The position numbers and the translations under genes are program-made. A DNA stretch of 64,000 bases from Octopus bimaculoides (taxonomy: Eukaryota): contig NC_069000.1 of NCBI RefSeq assembly GCF_001194135.2, positions 15,925,877-15,989,876 on the forward strand, read 5' to 3'. The notes beneath the pieces are model-generated. The model was given only the letters and a program-made list of their open reading frames with translations, did no database searches and was not told where the DNA came from. This document shows, one piece after another, positions 11,608-23,296 of the stretch (position 1 is the first letter of the stretch; every line of letters starts with the position of its first letter).

Positions 11608-13693
11608 GAATGGTATTCAAAGTGTATATAGAATATTTGTAGCAGAGTATGTATTTACTGACATATTCCAGAAATATAGTTTCACAAGATTCAGTGTTGT
11701 GAGTTTAATTGAAAAAGTAATTATCAGATGATGGTTCACAGTATTCAGTCAACTGACAATTGATTTTATCTAAAGCACAAATACATCATGTTATCGAAGT
11801 TACATTTTAAAATACTCCAGAATGTGTGTGTGGGTGGGTGCGAATGTGTGTGCAGTGTTGGCAAAGTTACGAAGCAAAAACATTTTTTAAAGATTTAGTA
11901 GTTTTTATTTAAGATAATGTTAATATTTTTGAAAAATAATGCTCTAAGGAATGCAATAGCTTAGGTAGATTTGTAAGTTAGTAACTTTTTACTTGACAGC
12001 AAAATTTAAATGTGCCTTGATGGTTAAACCAGTTGTACAATGCAGAGTGTACTTAATGATGTGAGAGCATTTTGGTAACCGATGAAACTGAATATTTCAA
12101 TATTTCATGAAAAAACATCAACCGAATCAGCTCAGAATTCTCCATTAGTAGTGGAAATTTATTCAGATGTTTCATGCTAGATTGCCAAAATAGTTAAAAC
12201 AATAAAGACAAATAAAATTTGTATTGGCCAATAGCGACCAGAAATGACTCTGCTTGAGTAATTTTGGCAAGAGTGTCTATAAAGCATTATTCAGAATGAA
12301 TTTTGATGCCATTAAAAAATAATGGAATAATTTGGATGTTATAAGATTTAATAAATTTAATACTAAGTAGAATTCACATCTTTGTAAAGGCTAATGCTGG
12401 CTACAGCTAATATAGAAAAAAGCCTTTTAAGTTCCCAAGTTATATCTTTATTTTCAAAACTTACACCATTATGTAAAACAAAGTGATCTTTCTTTGTGTC
12501 AGAAAAAAAAAATCATTGTTCTAAGGATGAGTTACTCCAAGTATTTCAGATCTTAGGATTTTTATAATTTTAGGTACTGAAGATGTATTTTTAATTATTA
12601 TGATTGGAGACAGCAGCTGCATGTGGTGTCTATCAAATAATGTTCAGAAACAATGTCTTGATATTCCATGAGATAAACGTTGTTTTGTTTTGCCTTTTAC
12701 TCCTTGTAGTTTTAAATGCAGTAGATTTGATAAAGCAATATTTGTATGTGAGAGACATGCCCTTGTCTGCTGTTAGTTTGGTGCTATTAATTACCAATCA
12801 CTTGTTTTGTTTAAATACCAGCTAGAATTATATATAAACATACATACGTAACTGGCACTCTGTTGGTTATGATGAGTATTTCAGTTGATTCAATCAATGC
12901 AAAAGCCTGCTCATGAAATTACTGTGCTGCAAGTGGTTGAGCATTCCACAGGCACTCATTTCCTTAATGTAGTTCTCAGGGAGATCCAGCATGATACAGA
13001 CTGTGACAAGGTTGGCCCTTGAATTACAGGTACAACTCATTTTTGCCAGTTGAGTGGATTGGAGCAATGTTGAATAAAGTGTCTTGCTCAAGAACACTAC
13101 ACGCTACCAAGTATCATGAGCCGAATACCCTAACCACTAAGCCATGTGCCTTCACATGTTCATACATTTGTGTGTATTACACGACACATATACAGACATG
13201 TATGTTTATGATTTTATGTGCAAGATACATATCCACTTTGATACCTTTGTGAAACCATAGTATGAATAAATTAGTCTAGTTTTCTAACACACACACATGA
13301 TACAATTTGCTTCCTCGTTCATTATACTTCAGCTCTGTTGTAAATACTTATGAACAAAATTGCCTGAAAGAGAATATTTTAAAGTAATGTTTGTTTTAGA
13401 ATTTAGAAAAAGTGTATCGTGTATGTTCTGTTGTCATTTTATTCAAGCAGTGAACAACATTCCAGCATGGTATTATCAAGTTAGGAGTTAGGTAGTAGCA
13501 TAGACTTGATTGAGTCAGTGTTATGTTGTAACACCTGCAGTTCAGTTGCCACCACTGTCTGTTTTGGGGTCAATCTAACCGTCTGTAAATTAGACACCAT
13601 GGAAGTACAGCTTAATGTCAGATGTAGTTGTGAGTATAGGGAGGTATAACTAACAAATTTTCATTGGCTTGCATGAAATCATGTCTTCCTTAA

Positions 13694-13909
13694 CCCTTTA
13701 GCATTTAGAATATTCTATCAGGTGTAATGCCTGTTTATTTACACTGTTTTGAATTTACCACAGATCATCTCATAGCTTTGAGATTTTGAGGATCTAATTG
13801 TCTATTTTTAGACTAATATTGTAGGGTAGGTGTGAGAGGCTGGATCTGGCCAATTTGAACATAAAACAGAATATTTGGGCCTGATGTGGCCGGTTTATGT
13901 ACTAATGGG
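13694..13909 (+). mobile_element. piggyBac-type MITE
   Basis: TTAA|CCCTTTAGCAT...TACTAATGGG|TTAA termini (TTAA TSD, CCC..GGG ends). Related copies at about 18556-18770, 26815-27022(-), 51768-51990. Confidence 0.75.
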
Positions 13910-15655
13910 TTAAATGTAACTTAGATGAATGTGTTCTTGAAAGGATATATTAAGTGACTCTGTAGCTTTCAAGCTGTGCTGCAGCTGTCCAGTAGGTCAC
14001 AGGACTCGATGGAAAAGAGGAATTTATATTTAAGGATTCTTTTTTTCCCTTGTAGTAAAGATTGTTTGTCAACATAACATGGCAGTCCTGTTTTAGGACG
14101 AATGTTGCTGTAAACCAGGACTGCCATGTTATGTTGTCAAACAATCTTTACTACAAAGTACTGTTGCTGAATATCTCATGTGAGATTTAAAAATAGTAAT
14201 TCTTTTTTTTCCTATCAGTTTTATTGTAAATTCTTAAATTTTATTAAAAACATTGCATAAATTTCATTTATCTAATGAAGGAGCAAGTGTTGACATATTT
14301 AATGTTGGTTAACTTCAAACTAATTGGAGCTTAAATAACTAAGTTAAATTAATGGATGCTATGTCTGTATGAAGGAAAAAGTAAACAATGTTTAAGGTTA
14401 AGGGCGACAACTAAAAAATAAAAATAATGAAATGGTTTGCCACAAGAGTTGATAAAATTTTTAAACAAATAATGTGGTGAGGAGAAGTATAATCCTTCTT
14501 GACGACTCTGTTGCATATTTTAGAATTATTAGACTTCCTTCAATGATGCATTATGTCTGTTAGATCAATGGAGATAATTAAGTTTGGGTTCCCATATTCT
14601 GTAGGTAGTTTCAATGTAAGAACAAAAAAATATAAATAAAAATATTATAATGTAAGAAAACACTGAAACTGGATTATTTAGTTAAAGAATAAAATCAGAA
14701 ATGAAAATTAACCTTTGCAAAATTCAATCTTAGAATTAATAGAATGAAACCTTTTTTTTGTGATCTTAAAAACAATACAAAACACCAAATGTTGAGATGT
14801 TTTTACCAAAAGCAAGGTTCTTTTTTTCAATAAATCTTTTTTAAATTCTTATCTTGTCTATAGTTGCAATTTAATACAAAAGCATGTGTTTACCAAATTT
14901 TTGTCACATAATATTTGAAAACAAATTATCAGTCATTTTATCTGTTTCCGTCAGATTGTGGCCATGCTGGGCCACCACCTTGTGTCAACTGAATCGACCC
15001 CAGTACTAATTATTGTAATCCTAGTACTTATTCTATCAGTCCTTTTTGCCGAACAGCTAAGTTATGGGAATCTAAACATACTAACACTGGTTGTCAAGTG
15101 ATGATGGAGGAGACAAAGAGACACATACATATACGAGATTCTTTCAGTTCCCATTTTTCGAATTCACTCACAAAGCCTTGGTTAGCCCAAGGTTATAGTA
15201 GAAGTGGAGGGTAGTGAGGGGGGAGCTGGTTCTTATTGTAGAGAAGCTACACCGATAAGGCTATTAATATTTAGAAGAGAGGGTGAGAATAAGTAGGAGC
15301 TTGAAGTACAGGTGGATCCTTAAGGTACAAGATAAGGGAGTGAGGGGACAGAGGAACTAGGTGAGTGGCTGGATGGCAGTTTGCAAGAGATGACAGAATG
15401 GGAGAGGGGAGGTGGGCAACAATGTAAAGAATGGGTTGGGTTGAAAGGTGGATGTAGGGAGTGATAGATAAAGGGTGGGAGGAATGACCTGTAGTGCACA
15501 GACCAAAGATTGCTTCTCACAATGATAGCTTTAATAGATGCTCTAGTCAAGTCAAAATTGAAGCTACTGAAAAAAAACAAACAAATGTTCACTTTACAAA
15601 AAAACTTTTATTTACAGTTCTTCAGAAGTGTATATACAAAAATATTATTACAGAG

Positions 15656-16951
15656 TCACTCAGTGAGACTATGAATTTTTTCTGTATTATGCTCAACGGC
15701 CTTTAATAAGAATTCTAACCACTGCTCATCATCTTCATTAGTCACATGTGATGATCTGCAACAAAAAAAAAAAAAAAAAATTCAAAAGAAATTTGGACAC
15801 AAGTAAGGGTTGGCAACAAAAACGGGGCATCTAGCTGTAAGAAAATCTGCTTCGACAAACCCTGTGACTCATGCAAATATAGAAAAGTGGATGTTAAAAC
15901 AATGATGATGAAGTCAATGGCTTTATAGAAATGCCAAACTAAAGCCTTACAAATTTTCAATCGTGAAAACAAAGCAAGCAAGCAAGAATGGAAAGAAACA
16001 GAAAAAAGATACTTCAAGTGAAAATAAGTCAATGACTCACCTCAGACAGTTCAAAAAGTTCCTCAAAATTTCAGCCAAGTGTTCAGACTATGATAATAAA
16101 AGCAAAGAAAAAATTGATTTAATATGCAAATCATCAGCCAGGGTGGGTCTTATATTTTGTTTGTAATCAGTGCATTATCTTATCTGTGTATGTTTCAGCA
16201 TGTCTTGTGCTCTGAGTACTGTCTCTGTCATTAATTATTTAATACTGTATAGGATAGATTTGTTTACTAACATCATCATTATTATTTAGTGTCCATTTTC
16301 CATGCTACCTTGGGTTAGACAGTTTGACCAGCGCTGTTAAGTTGGAGAGCTGCTCCAGGTTCCAGTCTGTTTTGGTTTGGTTTCTATGGCTGGCTGGATG
16401 CCCTTCCTAATGCTAATCACTCCACAGAGTGTACAGGGTACCTTTAACATGTCACCAGCACAGATGCCTTTTAGATGTCACTGGCAAGGGTGCCTTTTGT
16501 GTGTCACCAGCATAGGTGTTTTTCACACATTACCAACACTGACCATGATTATGATTTCACTTAGCTTGGTGTCTCTTTTATTCGTTTTGTGTGATGTAGT
16601 ACACTGCAATTTCTTTTTGTTAAAAGGCACAGTGGACCAGTAGGAAGATGTACTTGTATGGCCAGTATAACAACTAGAGTGTTAAAAGAGTTTACGTGAA
16701 TATATATACAAGGGTTGCTGAAAAGTTCTTGCCTTTGTTTAGGGTCATAAATTTAAGTATAAACTACCTAACTACCTTAGAGATAGTCTATTTCAATGAA
16801 AAAATGGATTAGATTTGTACTTGATGGGGAATCCAGTCTTATATTATAAAAAAGAAAATTCACATTAGCATCACATTTCCTCTAGTGTTTTTGCCTATCA
16901 AATCAGTTGCTCTCTCTTTGCATATGTATAATTTGTGATGAATTTGTGTGC

Positions 16952-16983
<32 letters not shown>

Positions 16984-19900
16984 GAGGGGGTGCTGAAAAG
17001 TTCCTGGTTTTGAGTAAAAGAAAATACAGGAGGATCAGTTAATTATGATTTTATTCAACATCCCTCTCAGATTCACACATTTATTACAGTGGTCCTTTTC
17101 TTAAAGAACTTGGAAGGTTCGCATTCCAACTAGGCTTTTCATGATACCCTTAAAGCCAGGAATTTTTCAGTGCCCCTTTTAAATACATATAGGCACACAA
17201 ACTCATTGTAAATTTTTAAAGAAATAATAATACTCACATAAGCTCGAACAAAACGATGTCCCATTGGTGGATAAAGAGCTATACCCAGTTGGTCAACTGC
17301 TGGACTCAACTTTTTAACATGGTCTGCCAGGTCATCATACTGGCTAATCTGCTTGGCTGCGTCACATTTACCATTTTTCATAGTGGTCTTTAGTGCTTCC
17401 TTGAGCACATGATTAGCAACCTTAATGAGGCTCTGGCTGGGTCCCAGTAAGGTCTTGTCCTCTTCACTCCATTCATCTTCATTGCAATGGTCACCAGCTA
17501 TGATGTCATCAATATCATCAAACTGACCGTCTTCAGTCACACCCTGAAAGAGAACAAAGAATACATGCATCTTAAATGTTTGTCTTCTTACAAGACCTTA
17601 CATTTTAGATGAGAGGAGAAATGAGGTGGTATGACACCATCATCATCATCATCATCATCATCATCGTTTAACGTCCGCTTTCCATGCTAGCATGGGTTGG
17701 ACGATTTGACTGAGGACTGGTGAAACCAGATGGCTACACCAGGCTCCAATCTGATTTGGCAGAGTTTCTACAGCTGGATGCCCTTCCTAACGCCAACCAC
17801 TCAGAGAGTGTAGTGGGTGCTTTTACGTATCCCCGGCATGAAGGCCAGTCAGGCGGTNNNNNNNNNNNNNNNNNNNNNNNNNNNNNNNNNNNNNNNNNNN
17901 NNNNNNNNNNNNNNNNNNNNNNNNNNNNNNNNNNNNNNNNNNNNNNNNNNNNNNNNNNNNNNNNNNNNNNNNNNNNNNNNNNNNNNNNNNNNNNNNNNNN
18001 NNNNNNNNNNNNNNNNNNNNNNNNNNNNNNNNNNNNNNNNNNNNNNNNNNNNNNNNNNNNNNNNNNNNNNNNNNNNNNNNNNNNNNNNNNNNNNNNNNNN
18101 NNNNNNNNNNNNNNNNNNNNNNNNNNNNNNNNNNNNNNNNNNNNNNNNNNNNNNNNNNNNNNNNNNNNNNNNNNNNNNNNNNNNNNNNNNNNNNNNNNNN
18201 NNNNNNNNNNNNNNNNNNNNNNNNNNAGATTTTCTTGTTAAAATTTATGTGCAATAAATTTCTTATACGTCTACAGTGCACAAAATATTTTAATTTTTTT
18301 TTTTTTTACACAATTCCTAATAATATTTGATTATAAAAATACAGTAGGATGTTTTTCAATATACAGTAAATGGTTATGGAGGCTCAGTAGAGTAAAATAG
18401 AAATCAAAGGGGTTCATAGGTAAAAAATGGTTGAAAGCCACTGATCAAAATTAAAAAATCACTGGTGGTGCTCCAGCATTGCCACAACCTTAGGGCTGAA
18501 ACATGCAAAAGAATTTAAAAAAAAAAAAAATCATTTGTTATTTCTTTTCCAGTTTATTTAACTCTTTAGTGTTCAGATTACTCTGTCAAATGTAATGCTT
18601 AATTATTCACATAGTTTTGAATTTCCATTATCTTGTAGCTTTGAGATTTCAATGATGTGATAGCATATTTTCAGAATGACATTATAAGGTAGGCGTGAGA
18701 GGCCTGATCCACCCAATTTGATCATGAAACAGGTAGAATATTTGGGCCTGATGTGGCTAAAAGGAATATATTTGATGTAAACGATAACATTTCTTTTAAC
18801 ACACAGATATAGATACACACAAGAGCAATTAAGATATGAATAATGCTACCAAAACCATCAGATATTTCGTTTTTGGATTGGGTTTGCAAGATTTTTTATG
18901 TGATTTCGTGTGTTGAAGCATATTCTGTTGTGTCTGGGGAGAGTCATTTTCTTATTGTGCCTTAAAATTTAACACACTCACCGTTAAAATAGTCTTGACT
19001 ATTGATAAGGTTGCAAGACGCAATGAAAATTTTAGGAAAATAAAAATAAGAAATAAGTGGAAATTTTAACGGTGAGTGTGTTAAATTTCAAGGCACAATA
19101 AGAAAATGACTCTCCCCAACCATCAGATAGTCTGCATTAAAAATGAAAAAACAAATTTAGATCTTTCATATGATTNNNNNNNNNNNNNNNNNNNNNNNNN
19201 NNNNNNNNNNNNNNNNNNNNNNNNNNNNNNNNNNNNNNNNNNNNNNNNNNNNNNNNNNNNNNNNNNNNNNNNNNNNNNNNNNNNNNNNNNNNNNNNNNNN
19301 NNNNNNNNNNNNNNNNNNNNNNNNNNNNNNNNNNNNNNNNNNNNNNNNNNNNNNNNNNNNNNNNNNNNNNNNNNNNNNNNNNNNNNNNNNNNNNNNNNNN
19401 NNNNNNNNNNNNNNNNNNNNNNNNNNNNNNNNNNNNNNNNNNNNNNNNNNNNNNNNNNNNNNNNNNNNNNNNNNNNNNNNNNNNNNNNNNNNNNNNNNNN
19501 NNNNNNNNNNNNNNNNNNNNNNNNNNNNNNNNNNNNNNNNNNNNNNNNNNNNNNNNNNNNNNNNNNNNNNNNNNNNNNNNNNNNNNNNNNNNNNNNNNNN
19601 NNNNNNNNNNNNNNNNNNNNNNNNNNNNNNNNNNNNNNNNNNNNNNNNNNNNNNNNNNNNNNNNNNNNNNNNNNNNNNNNNNNNNNNNNNNNNNNNNNNN
19701 NNNNNNNNNNNNNNNNNNNNNNNNNNNNNNNNNNNNNNNNNNNNNNNNNNNNNNNNNNNNNNNNNNNNNNNNNNNNNNNNNNNNNNNNNNNNNNNNNNNN
19801 NNNNNNNNNNNNNNNNNNNNNNNNNNNNNNNNNNNNNNNNNNNNNNNNNNNNNNNNNNNNNNNNNNNNNNNNNNNNNNACTGAATGTGAGGGAATGTAAC

Positions 19901-22735
19901 TCTCGAAGCGAGCCTTTTAAAAACAGACCTGCAGCTGAATCTGAAATGTCACATTGCATCCAGTGAGCTGACTCAGCCAGCTCGCCACTTTAAGTTAAAC
20001 TGGCACTCTGTTGACTACAATGGAACAGCCAGCTTGTGAAATTAATGTGCAAGTGGCTGAGCACTCCACAGGCGTGCACACCCTTAAGGTAGTTCTCAGG
20101 GAGACTCAGCGTGACAAGGCTAGCCATTTGAAATACTGGCACCACTCAAGTTTGCCAGCTGAGTGGAGTGGAGCAATGTGAAATAAAGTGTTTTGTTCAA
20201 CGACATAATGTACAGCTGAGAATTGAACTCATGAACATACAATTGTGAGCCAAATACCCAAACCACTAGGCCACGTGCCTTCACATTAATAATAATACTT
20301 GTAAAAATTTATGCATTTATAATAGTATATATGATTATATATTAATATATAAATATACTTGAAAATTACAAAAAAAAAAAAAGATGAAAGGAAAGGGTTA
20401 ACAATTGATAAAACGGTACCAAACTGGTTGCTTTTATCAACCACTGTGACTAGTTATGTAGAGTCAACTGAAACGATCCAAGCCTTATTAGATATTTACC
20501 TTTTGGCTGAGAACTGAAGAAGTCAGAATGCTCCCACACTATTCCTGTTTTGTACAGCATCTCTGGGGAACTGGGGAAAAAGAAAATGGAAACCTTTTAT
20601 TTCCTTTTACAGTAGACAAGAATGCAAATTTCTGAACACACAAAAAAGCTTGAAATACGTTCTATTCAGAGAAAGCTTCAAAAATCGAAAAAAAAAAAAA
20701 AAAAAAAAANNNNNNNNNNTATGTATGATGTTAAAATTATACGTCACAACATAAATGATGTTTGGGTTTACAACATCATCTAATACTCATTTTTCCATGC
20801 TTGCATGGGCAGATCTTGTCTTGTAACAGCATTCACCCAAGAGGGGTTAAGCAGGCAAGGCATACACACACACAGATATGCATACACAAACACATGCACA
20901 TATGTGCATATATACACATATACATATGCACAGACACACAATGGGATTCTTTTAGTTTCTGCCTACCAAATCCACTCACAAAACTTTGGTCATCCTGGGG
21001 CTATAGTAGAAGACAATTGCTCAAGGTGCTGCAAGTGGGACTGAACCTGAGACCACATAGTTGAGAAGCAAGCTTAGCCACACAACCATGTCTGTTGCTA
21101 TATCTGCTGCAAAAGCATGTATAGTCGTTGAGTGGTTTATACTTAAGATCAGAAGAAATAGTGCTTGGAGAAAAGTGAGATAAAGGGCCTCTGTAGGAAA
21201 ACTGCTCCAATAAGTTTTGTCTGACCCATGTTAGCATAAAGAAAGCTGATGATGATGTTCCTAAAATATGTAATAATTAAATAGGTTATTGTTGACTTGT
21301 TTACTTACCCGGCACTACCTGTCTGGATGGATTTGATAAATGTGTTAACCTTTTCGATTAGCTCAATTGTGGACTTTTTAAAAGAATCCCTCAGCAACAA
21401 ACCTTTATTTTGGAAAATAAAAAGAGAAACAATAAAATGTTTCCAGAAAGACAAAAAAAGTTTCATTGATATTGATATTGAGTAACCAATTATTTCAAAT
21501 CTTTATAAAGAAGACTTTAAAGACATGGTTCGTAGATAATTGTATTTGATAGCATATAAGGCATTTTCCCCCAAAACATCCATAAAAAACAAACAGACCC
21601 AGATCCTATACAAGAAGTTGGGCTTCCCTTAAGCCTTGATTTAGTGAAACGCTTTTTTCTTCAGTATGCACTTCTGAAATTGGGGAGCATCTAATACAGC
21701 CATGCAATCTTTTATGCCATCAAATATGGCAGTTTCTGATTCACCCTTTATTTTGTAAATGTGTGCTGAGGATAACTGAAAAGCCACATTTCCTTTCAGT
21801 ATCAAGTTCAGATAGATTTACTGTCCAACCTTTAAAATGTTACTTCCCAATCTCTGGAGCAACAAAATTACTAACCACAAAAGTAAGTTGATGCCAGTTC
21901 TCAAAATATTACTACTGTATCATATGATTAACCATTCTTTTTTTCACAAGTTGACTTTGTTATAGAAATAGGATTTAGTCAAAATATGGTTCATGAATGA
22001 CCAAAATTTCACATAAGCCAAATACAGCATTTTCTTAAAAGAGACATTTCCTGTAAGGGAAGTGTTTGGTCATTTTAGATTAAGAGCTTAGCATCAACCT
22101 ACAGTTAGAGAGATCTGAGTAGATCTATGCTCAAAGGCATTCCAGTTGTGATCAACCAAACTTTTCTTTTCGAGCATACTTTATCTAGGACTACATTATC
22201 CAAAGAGCACATAGTAAATTACTCCTGGTACATTAGGGAAAATTAGTTAAAGGTGGCTGAAGGTATCAAAAGATATCTCAAACACAAAAAATATTTACAT
22301 CTGCTAAAAGGTCACATTAACAACAGAATTCTTCAATAGAGTGTCTGGGTGTCATTAACATATGGAAAATACATCTTCATGCCAGCATTACAAATCCCAA
22401 GTTATCCTCATTAACAGATTTAAAAAAAAAAAAGAGTCTTGAGTCAAGTTATAGTAATAAATTCTAACAGAAACACAAATCTACACATGTCAGGACAGAG
22501 TGTACTAATTTGACCTTCATAGTTGACTGGTAATTGTTTAAAAAAAAAAAGAACTTAGTAGATTTGAATTCAGAAGATAAAAGTACATAATTAAAAGCTG
22601 TTGACTTGTTTGAGAAATTCATAGCTTTATGACGTTTATAAGTAACTGTATATGTAGGTATCTATTATTGCTATAAACATAACTTAAACTACATGATGAA
22701 GGTACTCAAATGTAATAAATTATCAGATAATGAAA

Positions 22736-22793
<58 letters not shown>

Positions 22794-23263
22794 ATTACAT
22801 AAATTATAGATGTTTTTCTAACAATTACTTTGGATCTATGATAAACATTCTTAGTAATGTGACAAGTTTTGTCTCAGGAAATCTATTACATTTTTATAAA
22901 AAGTAAAACAATACAACTTCAAATAGAAAAATAGTATTAATACCTTGTGTTTTGGGGAGCATATAGAAACTGGATACAAGTGTTAGTGCTGTCATCTCTA
23001 ATTTACTTAACATTTTTGTTACAGCCTAAAAGAAATAGTAAAAATTGTAGTCGATTCTATCTATAACAATAATGATAATATATTTAAACTGTTATTCAAT
23101 GAGTGGAAAGGAAAAGAAATTGGACACTAAGTAGTACTATATAATTAATTTAAAGAAAATTTAATGAGAAAATAGATAAATATTTAAATAAATAAGTTGG
23201 TAGACTGAGAGATGATTGCTACAACAGATATATTACATATTATACTGGACACACTCACATACC

Positions 23264-23296
<33 letters not shown>

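Noticed and set aside
12604-12825. Hydrophobic 73-aa ORF downstream of TRIQK
   Set aside because: TTG start, no splice or homology support; hydrophobic bias is expected from T-rich UTR-like DNA.
15215-15500. Purine-rich G-tract region (similar at 33240-33700; complementary at 10200-10330 and 43260-43430)
   Set aside because: Low-complexity segments adjoining decayed retroelements; no ORF or defined structure.
17720-17857. Recurrent ORF MKPDGYTRLQSDLAEFLQLDALPNANHSESVVGAFT (also at 32354, 46424, 54174) and its MLLRVTR.. counterpart
   Set aside because: These are reading frames through the RTE LINE 3' UTR copies, not a gene family.
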